Of a stretch of 64,000 bases of DNA, positions 1 through 12,859 are shown one piece after another. The notes under the pieces were generated by a model, which ran no database searches, was not told the origin of the DNA, and saw only the letters and a list, made by a program, of their open reading frames with translations. The position numbers and the translations under genes were made by a program. Position 1 is the stretch's first letter. Each line of letters begins with the position of its first letter. Location of the stretch: the NCBI RefSeq assembly GCF_006345805.1, contig NW_021832541.1:1-64000 (forward strand), in the 5' to 3' direction. The DNA is from Octopus sinensis (taxonomy: Eukaryota).

Positions 1-254
1 TGTTACAAATATCCTTCAGTATTGATTTTCCAAGCATTTTACTAAATTAAGATGTCTGAGCTTCTGTAAAATAATTACGACCTATTTTCTGTCTAGATTA
101 GCAGTTTTATACATTGATGCACCCAACACACCTTAAACATACGCACACTCCTACTCACATGCCCACGCACCACACGTACCACACCTTCACCATGCACGCA
201 CGGGTACTCTTACACGCACCCATATACATATCACATACACGACATGTAATATAT

Positions 255-256
255 TT

Positions 257-295
<39 letters not shown>

Positions 296-437
296 CAATA
301 TATATATATATATATACAGATGTAATATATAAATGCATATATGCATGTATGTATATATATGTATATATATATATATATATATATGATATATATTAATACG
401 TATGCATGCTCACAGACATGCAGACATTTATGCAGCC

Positions 438-469
<32 letters not shown>

Positions 470-587
470 TATTATATTATTATATATATATAATATTTAT
501 ATACACCCTGCACATATCACATATACTCACATGTATATATATATACATATATATATAAATAAATGCATATATGCATGTATGTATGTG

Positions 588-629
<42 letters not shown>

Positions 630-720
630 ATGTATATTAATGCATATACATGCTCACAGACATGTATATGCAAACATATATACATACATACACGCATACA
701 CACGCACACGTTTACACAAA

Positions 721-794
<74 letters not shown>

Positions 795-795
795 C
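255..795. repeat. Compound (TA)n/(TG)n microsatellite block
   Basis: Direct runs of tatata and tgtgtg; explains ORFs 114-850. Confidence 0.95.
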
Positions 796-939
796 TTCTG
801 CTTAAAACAGTATCGTGACGTAAAGACGAGCATGGCAAATATAAGAACACAAAACAAATATCTCAGTCATGCTTTTCAATTTCCCAGTTTTTACTTTGAC
901 ATATTGCACAAACCAAATTTCACATCTCTCGCTTCCTCC

Positions 940-957
940 CACCTTCTCTCTCGCTCG

Positions 958-1003
<46 letters not shown>

Positions 1004-1505
1004 TTCTCTCTTTCTCTCTCTCTCTTTCTGTCTCTCTCTTTCTTCGCTCTCCCCCTGCTCTTCTCTCTCTCCTTTTTCCTCCTGTCTCTCCTCTTGCTCT
1101 TCTCTCTCCTTTTCTTTCCTCTCTCTCTCTCTATCCGTCTCCCTTTCTTTCATCTCTCTTTCCCCCTCTCCCTCCTTTCCCTCTCTCCCTTTCCCTTTCT
1201 CTCTTTCATCTCTCTCTCCTCTTTCTCCCATTCTATTACTTTCTCTCTCCTCCTTTCTCTTTCTCTCCTTCATCTCTCTCTCCTCTCTCTCCTCCTTTTC
1301 CTCTCTCCGTTTTCCCTCACTCTCTCTTTCATCTCTCTCCTCTCTCTTTCCCTTTCCACTCCATCTCTCCCCCTCCCTCTCTCTCTCTTTCATCTCTCTT
1401 CTCTCTCTTTCAGTTTCCACCTCTCTCCCTTCTCTCTCTCCCTCTCCCTCACCCCCTCTTTCTCTCCTCTCTCTCCCTCTCTCTCTCTGTCTCTCTCTCT
1501 CCCCC
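940..1505. repeat. Polypyrimidine (CT)n-rich tract
   Basis: About 560 bp almost entirely C/T on + strand; explains the S/L-rich ORFs. Confidence 0.95.
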
Positions 1506-1899
1506 TCAAACGATATTCTCTTCAACATGCGCGCCTGTGCGCGCGCACTCATCTTTTACAACAAGCGCACAAAAGGAAAAAGGAAATGTGCGTAGACCAC
1601 GTCTTCAAAATGAAATCGAATTTTTCTCTTTTTTTTTTCTAATGAAGATGGTTACCCGCATGGATGCGCACATATTTTACAGCAAAACACAAAACTTGCG
1701 CACAAGCAACTGTTTGCGCACATCTACAACCATCACAAATAGATGCAGGCAAACGTTGCTCGCTAGATGGCGTACCATTCCAATATTTAAGGCTCATTTA
1801 CATGATTTAGTTTTAATTAATAGATTTATCTCCGTGACTCAGTGTTTTATGGTATCGTGTAATTGCTTTTTTCCCAATCATTAAAGGTTTTTTTCATTC

Positions 1900-2265
1900 C
1901 AGGCGAAATAGTGTTCCTACGAAGGTTCCCTGGAATAATGATACACGACAAAATATGTGGTTCGAAGACCAGGGAGTTTGTCCAGAGGGAGTCTCTACTT
2001 TTCCGTAACGTGAAGTCACAGCTCCTGTTCTACGGACGTATGACAAGAATGTCGCGAAAAAGGATCACAGGACGGTTTCTCCAAGCCAAGCGAACTGGCA
2101 GGTGACTTAGGGGTAGAGCAAGAATGATATGGGTGGATAATATCCATAGATTCAGTTTGACAAGATTAGGGATACATCTGGAAAGTTCAATGGTGGTTAC
2201 TTCAGTTACGACTCTACGAAGAAAGTGCCTGAGGACTTTACCCCGCTCCCCATGGACCGTCCAAA
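1900..2265 (+). mobile_element. RTE-clade LINE 3' end (Rex3/Expander-like), degraded
   Basis: Translation [69 protein letters not shown] matches the RTE ORF2 C-terminus pattern (QLRWFGH..M..R..PTGRRPRGRPR.RW); followed by a (GGAT)n tail. Confidence 0.8.
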
Positions 2266-2274
2266 GACTAGTAT

Positions 2275-2605
2275 GGTTGGATGGATGGGTTGATGGGTGG
2301 ATGGATGGATGGATGGATGGGTGGATGGATGGATGGATGGATGGATGGATGGATGGATGGATTGGGTGGATGGGTGGATGGATGGGTGGATGGGTAGGTG
2401 GGTGGATGAGTGGGTGGGTAGATTGATGGGTGGGTGGGTAGATGGATGGGTGGTTGGGTGGATGGATGGGTTGATGGATGAGTGGGTTGGTAGATGGATG
2501 GGCGGGTGGATGGATGGATGGATGGATGGATGGGTGGATGGATGGATGGTGAATGAATGGGTGGGTAGATGGATTGGTGGATGGTTGGGTGGATCGATCG
2601 ATCGA
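2275..2605 (+). repeat. (GGAT/GGGT)n microsatellite, probably the expanded RTE tail
   Basis: Starts directly after the RTE fragment; Rex3-type elements end in (GATG)n. Confidence 0.85.
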
Positions 2606-2814
2606 TCGATCGACGGGTGGACATAATTGTCTTGCTGATCTTAAGTGGTGGTCAGTTAACTGGAGACACGTTAACTGAAAGGTTTATAAGATCTAACCGT
2701 TCCATATGATATGAAATCTAAGGGGTTTGTCGATAGATTTTTGGTGTTTGTTCTCCCACTTCCTTTATGAGCACTTCATAGGCCTTCTTGCTAAAAACAG
2801 TGAGGCTATTTTTA

Positions 2815-2986
2815 GCAGGAGTGACTATATGGTAAGTAGCTTGTTTACCAATCACATGGTTCCGGGTTCAGTCCCACTGCGTGGCACCTTGGGCAAGTGT
2901 CTTCTACTATAGCCTCGGGCCGACCAAAGCCTTGTGAGTGGATTTGGTAGACGGAAACTGAAAGAAGCCAGTCGTATATATGTATA

Positions 2987-3026
<40 letters not shown>

Positions 3027-3274
3027 TATATGTGTTTGTGTATGTGCGTGTGTGTTTGTGTGTCTATGTGTGTCCCCCTAGCATTGATTGACAACCGATG
3101 CTGGTGTGTTTATGTCGCCGTTACTTAGCGGTTCGGCAAAAGAGACCGATAGAATAAGTACTGGGCTTACAAAAAAGAATAAGTCCCGGGGTCGAGTTGC
3201 TAGATTAAAAAGGCGGTGCTCCAGCATGGCCGCAGTCAAATGACTGAAACAAGTAAAAGAGAGAGTAAAGAGAG
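2815..3274 (+). mobile_element. tRNA-derived SINE family A, full length, with internal (TA)n(TG)n
   Basis: A-box-like tggtaagtagc, B-box-like ggttcagtcc, core accttgggcaagtg, 3' tail aagtaaaagag; many copies in the window. Confidence 0.85.
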
Positions 3275-3490
3275 ATCCCCAAATCGGGAACATGGCAGGC
3301 AATGGGTTAAACCAGAGTTTCTCCACCGCTTTTTACCCATGGACACCTTCGGTTCCCATTTAATCCCTACTGGACCCCATTCCCATTCAATGTGGTAAAA
3401 AAAATCCTAATTATGTTTTGATAATTAAATATAATTAGGAATTTTTGAAAATAAACTGTAAAAATATTTTGCATATTGTAAAGAGTATAA

Positions 3491-3821
3491 CCGTGGAAGC
3501 GCAATGGCCCAGTGGTTAGGGCAGCGGACTCGCGGTCGGAGGATCGCGGTTTCGATTCCCAGACCGGGCGTTGTGTGTGTTTATTGAGCGAAAACACCTA
3601 AAGCTCCACGAGACTCCGCCAGGGAGTGGTGGCGACCCCTGTTGTACTCATTCGCCCCAACTTTCTCTCACTCTTTCTTCCTGTTTCTTGGGTAACGCTG
3701 CGATGGACAGGCATCCCGTCCTGCTGGGGGGGAGGTGCGGGTACACATACGCCACAGAAACTGGGAAACGGGGCCCATGAGCCTGGCTAGGCTTGGAAAG
3801 GTCGCATGAAAAAATTTTTTA
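3491..3821 (+). mobile_element. tRNA-derived SINE family B, tail type 1
   Basis: Head gcaatggcccagtggttagggcagcgg..ggtttcgattccc; 11-bp TSD aaagagtataa at 3480-3490 and 3822-3832. Confidence 0.85.
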
Positions 3822-5126
3822 AAAGAGTATAAATTTTAACCCCAAGAGTCATACGGACCACGATTGAGAACTACGACTTCGGCTCTTCCGTTTCTGTCAG
3901 CTCGTCACCTCGATGTTAGCAATAGCAATAACTACAACAACAACAACACCAGATGGACATTGATGCTAACAACAAGAGCAACAACGATAGCAACAGAAAT
4001 ACCAATATGGACGACGACGTTAGCAATAATAAGAAGAACAATTGAAATGTTACGCTAAACAGCTGCATTCGCTTCATGAAGGCAATATTATTGTCTGCTC
4101 CCACGTGACTTGTTTAATCCGTTCCCCTAGCAATCATATAGGCATTATATCGTGTGATATCGTCTTATGTTATATTACATGATATCCTACGTTAGATTGT
4201 GTTATATTATTTATTGCATTCCACTGTTTCATGTTTGGAAAGAGATTTTCAAATTATGCGGCGATAATGAAGACAACGCAGAATTATTGATGGCGGTTGG
4301 CGATTTACGGCAATTCTGCAACCCCCCACCCTCTGTGTGTGTATAGTGTCTACACATATATATATACACACACACACAGATTCATAGAGACACCTGTGTG
4401 TATATATATATATATATTTATACAAATATGTCTATGTACGAGATACATAGATAATATATTTGTATGTATATATGTATATGTATTTATATGTATATATCTA
4501 AAGACACACACACATACACACAAATGTGTGTATATTAATTGATAGATAGATACAGATATAAATCCGTAAGTATGCTTGTGTGCTTGTGTATGTATATATG
4601 ACTAGATATGTATACATGTATGTATGGATATGTAAGCATATATACATATCGATGCTTACATACATATATATATATATGTGTGTATATATATGTATGTATT
4701 TGTGTGTGTGTATATATATATAGGCGCAGGTAAGCATTCAGACACGAATCTGGTTTTCAATGTATGAATATGTATTTTCAAGTTACGTCTGTGCTTATAT
4801 ACATGGCGCACTCTATTCAGCAATGTGTGTATAGCGTATGCGAATGCATATTTCCTTAAGAATTTGTTTGAATGAAAACAATGTTGCGTACAATTGTGCA
4901 ATTGTTTGTAAAACGAATCATCAAGAGTGTGCATATATCTTGAGAGCATAGAGTGTCTGTCTGCAATTTGGGCGTTGGGAATTTATGGATAAGAAAGTCA
5001 AATATAGACCTACGTATAACATTGTATGTATGTATATATGTATGTATGCATGTGTATGTATATATATATAGAGAGAGAGGGGGGAGGGAGAGATTGAGTG
5101 AGTGAGCGAGTGAGTGAGAGAGCGCG

Positions 5127-5157
<31 letters not shown>

Positions 5158-5762
5158 AAAATGTATAAATACATATATGTCTGAGGTTATATAAACATAT
5201 AAATGCTATATACGTATGTGAGAGTGAGTGTGGGTCTGTGAGTGTATCTATAAATCTACATACATACATACATACATACATATCTATATATATATATACA
5301 TATATATATACATATATATATACATATATATACATATATATATACATATATATATACATATATGTACAAGTTTTTGTATATACTTATGTATGTGTGCATG
5401 TGTGTATTACATTTTATTCTATACGTTTTTCGATCAGTCATCAATCAGATCAATCAGGTACCATAAACCTAACGTTTATGACGATAAACCGAGATCAAAA
5501 GATGGCGGACCAACGAACTAATGTTTTAATATCTTCATCTGATCCTAACTATTTTGTTTCAACCTCACCTCCTTCCAACTTACCTTCCTTACCTTATCCG
5601 CCAACCCACCCACCCAGTTATCTACATACCTACTTTTGTACACGCATCAATTAATCCACGCGTCTCTATGCTTATCTGTTAATCTATCTACTTTTGTGAA
5701 CTCACAAAGGGCGGCAATGAAATAACCAATTCATTTTGACCGATACGCTACCAGTTCCACTG

Positions 5763-6146
5763 TGGAGGCGCAATGGCCCAGTAGTTAGGGCAGCGGACTC
5801 GCGGTCATAGGATCGTGGCTTCGATTCCCAGACCGGACGTTGTGAGTGTTTATTGAGCAAAAACACCTAAAGCTCCACGAGGCTCCGGCAGGGGATGGTG
5901 GTGATCCCTGCTGTACTTTTTCACCACAACTTTCTCTCACTCTTACTTCTTGTTTCTGTTGTACCTGTATTTCAAAGGGCCGGCCTTGTCACTCTCTGTG
6001 TCATGCTGGATATCCCCGAGAACTACGTTAAGGGTACACGTGTCTGTGGAGTGCTCAGCCACTTACACGTTAATTTCACGAGCAGACTGTTCCGTTGATT
6101 CGGATCAACCGGAACCCTCGTCGTCGCAACCGACGGAGTGCTTCCA
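5763..6146 (+). mobile_element. SINE family B, tail type 2
   Basis: Same head; 14-bp TSD taccagttccactg at 5749-5762 and 6147-6160. Confidence 0.9.
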
Positions 6147-6245
6147 TACCAGTTCCACTGCTTACCTTCATGATGCTCAATCGACAACACTACTACTACT
6201 ATTACTACTAGTACTACTACTACTACTACTACAGCTGCTGCTGCT

Positions 6246-6655
6246 ACTGCTGCTGTTGCTGTTGCTGTTGAGCGCAGCGGTCTTCGTCCCAGAGCTCGCA
6301 AGATCGCGCCTCTCTAGTGGGAGAAGTCCGAAACATGGTCCTTTGCTATTCGTGAGACCCGCAGAAGAGAAAGCAGGTCAACCCCCGACACCGAGAGCAT
6401 CGACGGATGGATGAATGCGCATCCAGGCTCAGCGGTTGCGTAGGAAGTCGGGGGACAAGAAACAAGAGGAAAGAGTGAGAGAAAGTTGGAGCGAAAGAGT
6501 ACAACAGGGGTCGCCGCCACCACTCGCTGTCGGAGCCTAGTGGAGCTTTAGGTGTTTTCGCTAAATAAACACACACAACGCCATGTCTGGGAATCGAAAC
6601 CGCGATCCTCCGACCGCAAGTCCGCTGCCCTAACCACTGGGCCATTGCGCCTCCT
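6246..6655 (-). mobile_element. SINE family B, tail type 3 with (CAACAG)n end
   Basis: Same head on the minus strand; 16-bp TSD tacagctgctgctgct at 6230-6245 and 6656-6671. Confidence 0.9.
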
Positions 6656-6671
6656 TACAGCTGCTGCTGCT

Positions 6672-7177
6672 TAGGCTGTGGTTCTCATGTCTTCTGAATG
6701 GAAGTGTTATCATGTACAAATTTTGTCTTGTTATATAAAGTTAGGCCACAGTAAATATTCTGCTCAATACAGCAGGTCTGCTTGTCAATTGCTTGAGTTT
6801 ACCCTGTTGAGCATGTCCCTTAGTGGCTGACGATCTGCGCATCTCTGATCAAGAGCAGAAGTAGTTGGGGAGCATTGGCCATGTGTTGAAAGGGATTCTT
6901 GAGGCGGGTAGAAAAATTCATCCTTGGAAGCGTGTTTTGTTCATCATCATTAAACAACCCCTTTTCAGGGACCTTTTTGAACGGAATGGGCAACGCGATC
7001 CGAAGAAAATTTCAAATTAGGCCCCACCTACAAGGTCATGTGCTGTTTATCTTGATATGAGGTCACCATGTCGCACACATATAGCTGTGAAGCATGTGCC
7101 TGGTGTGCCCTTATCAGACGGGTTTCATATATTTGTACCCCAGCGTCACTTTGATGGCGTGTGCTGCTTTTCCACTC
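6672..7177 (+). mobile_element. Unclassified dispersed repeat E (non-coding), ends ccactc(aat)n
   Basis: Reverse-complement similar to 7426-8082 and 43727-44273; strand given in the (AAT)n orientation. Confidence 0.75.
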
Positions 7178-7394
7178 AATAATAATGATGATAATAAAAA
7201 TAATAATAATAATAATAATAATAATAAGTAGTAGTAGTATTACTTGTGGTGGTGGTGGTGGTGGTGGTTTTGGTGGTGGTGGTGGTGGTGGTGGTTTTGG
7301 TGGTGGTGGTGGTGGAAGTAGTAGTAGTAGTAATAGTATTGTTGTTGTTATTATTATTATTATTGTTATTGCTATTATTTTTTTTCTTCTTCTC

Positions 7395-7425
<31 letters not shown>

Positions 7426-8080
7426 GAGTGAGAGAGCAGTTCATGCCATCAAAGTGACACTGGGGTAAAATATACGAAGCCCAATATACCCATCATGACT
7501 ACCCGTCTGATAAAGGTACACCAGGCACATGCATCACAACCATATGTGCGCGACATGGTGATCTCATATCAAGATAAACAGCACATGACCTTGCAGGTGG
7601 GGCCCAGTTAGAATTTTCTTCAGGTCGAGTAGCCCATCCCGCTCAAACGGTCCCTGAATAAGGGTTGTTTAAGGATGTTGAAAGAACCACCCATGTTTCC
7701 AGAGGTGAACTATTCAAACCCCAAATAATCCCTCTCAACACATGGCTATGATGCTCCCCCACTACTTCTGCTCGTGATCAGAGATGCACATATCGTCAGC
7801 CACTAAGGGACATGGTAACTGGTTACGGTCAAACAACTGACAAGCAAATCTGTGGTATTGAGCAGAATATTTGCTGTGGCCCATCTTTATACCAAGACAA
7901 AACACTGTACATGATAACACTACCAATCAGTTAAGATCAGAAGCCATGAGAGCCACTGCCTGGTACTGCATCAGGGCAATTACTGCATCAGGGCAATTAC
8001 TGCATCAGGGCAATTACTGCATCAGGGCAATTACTGCATCAGGGCAATTACTGCATCAGGGCAAGTACTGCATCAGGGCA

Positions 8081-8082
<2 letters not shown>
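7426..8082 (-). mobile_element. Repeat E, full length (~650 bp), with 7 tandem copies of a 17-bp terminal unit
   Basis: Flanked by (ATT)n on both sides; tactgcatcagggcaat x7 at 7964-8082. Confidence 0.8.
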
Positions 8083-8114
<32 letters not shown>

Positions 8115-8445
8115 TATTATTGAGTGAGAGAACAGTTCATGCAATATATGTGTAAATGTTGGACGAACAGCATAAAGAATGTACATTATTGAAAGTTCAG
8201 TCATACTGAGTTCTTCATAAAAAGAAATTCAAAAACGGTGGTGGGGAGGCAAGAAAGAGAAAAAGATGGAGTAAGAAAAATTTTTTTTTTTTCCCCCCCC
8301 CAATCTCTGTCGTGGTTCACATCATCGTTCTTTGCTCAATTTCAGTCGACGTGCAAGGGACTCTTTACCTTCTTAAGCTCGTTTGAATTCGAAATGTTAC
8401 AAGTTCAAATCTTATACATATACATATATAAACATATATATTCAA

Positions 8446-8870
8446 GCAGGAGTGGCTGTGTGGTAAGTAGCTTGCTAACCAACCACATGGTTCCGGGTTC
8501 AGTCCTACTGCGTGGCATCTTGGGCAAGTGTCTTCTGCTATAGCCCCGGGCCGACCAATGCCTTGTGAGTGGATTTGGTAGACGGAAACTGAAAGAAGCC
8601 TGTCGTATATATGTATATTTATATATATGTGTGTATGTGTGTGTGTTCGTGTGTCTGTGTCTGTCCCCCTAGCATTGCTTGACAACCGATGCTGGTGTGT
8701 TTGCCTCCCCGTCACTTAGCGGTTCGGCAAAAGAGACCGATAGAATAAGTACTGGGCTTACAAAGAATAAGTCCCGGGGTCGATTTGCTCGACTGAAGGC
8801 GGTGCTTCAGCATGGCCGCAGTCAAATGACTGAAACAAGTAAAAGAGTAAAAGAGTAAAAAAGAGTAAAA
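8446..8870 (+). mobile_element. SINE family A, full length
   Basis: Near-identical to 2815-3274. Confidence 0.85.
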
Positions 8871-9187
8871 TAATCTGAATGTGGAATTATCCAGTAATTT
8901 TTTGCCAGTTTATTTTGTCCTTTTTGTCTTATCTACTGGTGCTGTATGAACATTTAATGTGGTTTTAGAGTCAAGTTTTGTCTGCTATTTCCAGCGTGGA
9001 GGTATCTCTTAGATACCCTGAATTATAATTTTAATAATAATTATTACCTTTGAAAGTTTTTTATTCTCATGCTGGCCACTTGATAAGATCAATATTTAAA
9101 TTAACGATCTTATCCCTATATATATAATACATACATACATACACACACACACACACCACACACACACACACACACACACCACACACA

Positions 9188-9283
<96 letters not shown>

Positions 9284-9446
9284 TTTACGGTAAAGTATCA
9301 AATTTTGATTTTGGTCAAAATATTTTTGGTTTGCCAAAGTCTAACGTTATGGTTGGTTGGCTTCCTAGTGACGTAATTTGTTTATCGAACGCTCAACAAA
9401 CAAATAAGTTTCAGGTGCATTTTCAAACCCTCAAGACAAATTCTCA

Positions 9447-9470
9447 TATAGATAGATAGATAGATGGATG

Positions 9471-9514
<44 letters not shown>
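9447..9514. repeat. (GATA)n at the 3' junction of the Tx1 LINE
   Basis: Direct. Confidence 0.95.
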
Positions 9515-12202
9515 TGTTTCTTTATTAGCCACACAGGGCTGCACACAGATAGAACAAATTACAAGGTAGAGCTTTTCTTTTGAAGGTTTAAAAAAAAAAA
9601 AAAAAAAGGAAGGGGGAGTTTCGATCAAAAGGGATCGTAAAAGGAGAGAAAGAGGACAAAAAAAAGGGGGGTTAAAAAAAAAGGGGGAGAGGAAAAAAAA
9701 TTGATCAATAGGGATCGTTATCACAGAAATGTCAATATGAAGTGTAAAGGGGAGGACAGATGAGGTTTACCCGTGGAAAGAAAAGCCTACGGAAAAGACC
9801 ACGGTAACCTCGGTCAATGAAGTCACATTTTATATTTCTTTTTTTTTTTTTTTTTTTTTTTGCAAATAAGCAACTTTCTGTTTTCGATTTCTGGGTTCAT
9901 AGGACTATGCTCAAGGTGGCTTCGTCATTCATACGTGCCATTCTTGCTACATTTACCCATCTTTTTTTAAAACATTCGCTAGACAAAACTTGCCTCTCTA
10001 CTCTCACTTTCCTTTTCAAGTGGTACTTGAAGAAGTTGATGAGAGATTGACCAGAGAGGAAAGTGTTTGTCTCCAATCCTTTCAGACGCGTCCACCAGAT
10101 ACATTCTTACGCCATAGCCACAAGGATGATGAAAATAGCTCTTCCTTCCCGTTTGAAGGAAGGAGGCGTGACAATATTGACGATAGACTCAGCTGATAAA
10201 CCGACTCGTCCCACACGTGACAGCAGTTGTTCGACATAAGCCCACAGGTCGGAAATTGTTGGACACTGAACGAGTGCGTGCAGAACGGTTTCGTCGCTCT
10301 GACCGCATCTCGGGTAGGTCGGCCCCGTGTTTCTCGAGCCGTGTCTGTAGAGCTTATCCCGAACGGGTAGCGCTTCTCGGTAGCACTGCCAGGCCAGGGA
10401 TCTCTGGAAGTTGTCCATGGGCCTGGCCCGAAAGTCGTCCCGAACAGGCGGGTCAGGTACTCCTCGTCGACGTCCAGGTTCGCCCCGAGCTCGTCGTCGT
10501 ACCTCCCCTCCACTAAACCCCTATAGAATGCTTTGGTTGTGTTGAAGTCACTTAAGGTCGACCCAGGACGGCAGAGTTGCTTGAGAGCAACGCGACACTC
10601 GCGGTGCCATTCGCCCTTCCTCGGCCTCTTTTTGATCCACGACTGCAGTTCGGTCATGGAGACGAGTTGCGGGAAAGCGTGCCTCACAAACGGCGACCAC
10701 ACCTGTTCACCGTCGTCTACATAGAGCCAGAGATGTCGCAGTCTCAGCGCGTGTCTGCGCATCATCAACCACGGCATGCCCAGCCCTCCTTTTAACGGGT
10801 GTTGACAGCAAATGGATCGCCTGACCATCGGGACACATCCTTTCCACAAGAAGCGAAAGAGGATGCGTTGTAGTTTGGTGATGGTAGGGTCGGGACAAGG
10901 TACGACGGTCAGGCGGTAGTAGATGACGGACGCGATGTACGTGTTCGCCACCTCCGCTCGACCTTTTAGGGACAGTTTCCTCTCGGCCCATTGCCGGGCG
11001 AGAGTGACCACCCTACTCGTTATCTCGTTCCAGTTCTTCTCCACTTGGAGGTCCGGACCAAACCAGACCCGAGCAACTCAACCGGGCCGTCGGTCCAGCG
11101 TCCCACGACGGAGGCGCTGGTGGACGGCATGGGCTTGCTTCTCCAGGTGCCTAGTCGCAAGCCCACTGACTTTTCCGGTTGATTTTCGCTCCTGTCACCG
11201 CTTCGTAGTTTTTCAGTGTCTCGCCGACCAGCTCGATGTGCTCGTGGCTAGACACTATGACGGTGACGTCGTCCGCGTATGCAGACACGCTCGTCCCGCA
11301 TCCCAATTCTCGCGGGATGCCCCTTAGAGTCGCCAGCTTCCGCAGTAGTGGCTCAAGAGTCAATACGTATGGAAGCGCCGAGAGGGGGCATCCCTGACGG
11401 ACCGAACGTGCAATGTCGAAAGGTCTCGATAGATGTCCATTTACGCGAATTACCGAACGGATGCCTCTGTACAAGGCAGCCATCCAGCCGCGGAAGACGG
11501 GACCGAAACCAGCCGCTCTCAGGACTGCCTCCAAGTATCGATGGTCTACCCTATCAAAGGTTTTCGATTGATCCAAGTTGATCAGGGCCCCACCCATGCC
11601 AGGTTCGTTAACTACCCTGTCTATGATGTAGCGCATCAGATGGAGGTTGTCATGGATGGTCCGGCCTGGCACGGCGCATGTTTGCGCCTTGTCGACCAGT
11701 TTCTCGATGACAAGCGCCAACCTCTTGGCTAGCACCTTGGCCAAAATTTTCAAGTCTGCATTAAGCAGTGATGGCCTAAGTTATCTATTACATTTCCCTT
11801 GTTTAGATCTTTCTTCAGCAGTGTTACGGCTCCTCGGCTCACAAAACCAGGAATGCTCCCGTTTTGCTGCCAGTTGCAGTACACCGCCGCCAAGAGATCT
11901 CCAAACAAGTCTGGCATACAATTGTAAAGCTCGTAGGGTAGACCATCCAAACCCGGTGATTTGTCCCTCGAGCATTCTGCCATCGCTTCCCGCACTTCCG
12001 CCGCCGTGATGGCACCTTCGCAGCACCCTGCCTTTCTTGTCGAGAGTCGTGGTAGGCTATGTAGGTAGGCACTGAGTCCACCCTACGTTCTTGCCCTCCA
12101 CTCGTTCCGAACAGTCGGGCAAAATGCTGCTGAAAGGCCTCACACATTTTACTTAGCTCGAGCAATTCGCGCCCCTGTTCATAAAAGTTAATAACATGCG
12201 TC
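9515..12202 (-). mobile_element. Tx1-like L1-clade non-LTR retrotransposon, 5'-truncated, with 3' UTR
   Basis: RT motifs (KILAKVLAKRL, LDQSKTFDRVDH, SVRQGCPLS, AYADDV), then KLSLKGRA..LKGGLG and zf-RVT-like RCGQSDETVLHALVQC; AATAAA just before the (TATC)n junction. Confidence 0.92.
9897..12200 (-). pseudogene. Frameshifted ORF2 (reverse transcriptase plus zinc-binding domain) of the Tx1-like element
   Basis: ORF pieces 11750-11995, 11151-11753, 10082-11044 and 10107-10418 join across frameshifts; TGA at 9899-9897. Confidence 0.88.
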
Positions 12203-12252
<50 letters not shown>

Positions 12253-12253
12253 T

Positions 12254-12310
<57 letters not shown>

Positions 12311-12663
12311 ATATGTTTCTTTATTAGCCACATAGGGCTGGACACAGACGGGACAAATTACAGAGTAGAGCTTTTCTTTTGGGGGCAGAAAAAAATTGGG
12401 GTAGGTTTTCGATCAAAAGGGATCGCAGAAAAGGAAAACATGAAAAAGAAAAAGAGAAGAAAAAAGAAAAGAAAGAAGAAAAAACGATCAATAGGGATCG
12501 TGAATCACAGAAATGTCATGATGTAAGGTGTAAAGAGGGAAGCAGATAAGGTTTATCCATAGAAAGAAAAGCCTACGGAAAAGACCACGGTAATCTCGGT
12601 CATTAATGTCACATGTTAACACATTTATTTGCAAGTAAGTAACTCTCTGTTTTAAATTTTTCC
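12311..12663 (-). mobile_element. Second, 3'-UTR-only copy of the Tx1-like element
   Basis: tatgtttctttattagccaca..gaaaagaccacggtaa matches 9515-9870; (GATA)n on both sides (12203-12309, 12664-12733). Confidence 0.88.
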
Positions 12664-12733
<70 letters not shown>

Positions 12734-12859
12734 TATTAAAATGGGAGCGACTACTATTTTTCGGTCATTAAGACACGCGACAAAGTAAAGCAGGTTTTTA
12801 TATATATATATGTGTGTGTGCGTGCATGCGTGCGTGTGTATGTGTGTATGTGTGTGCGA

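Noticed and set aside
571-1884. 437-aa ORF and overlapping S/L- or E/R-rich ORFs
   Set aside because: Translations of (TA)n, (TG)n and (CT)n tracts; no domain signal.
3864-4100. Short ORFs with (AAC)n
   Set aside because: Low complexity, early stops in the plausible frames, no family similarity.
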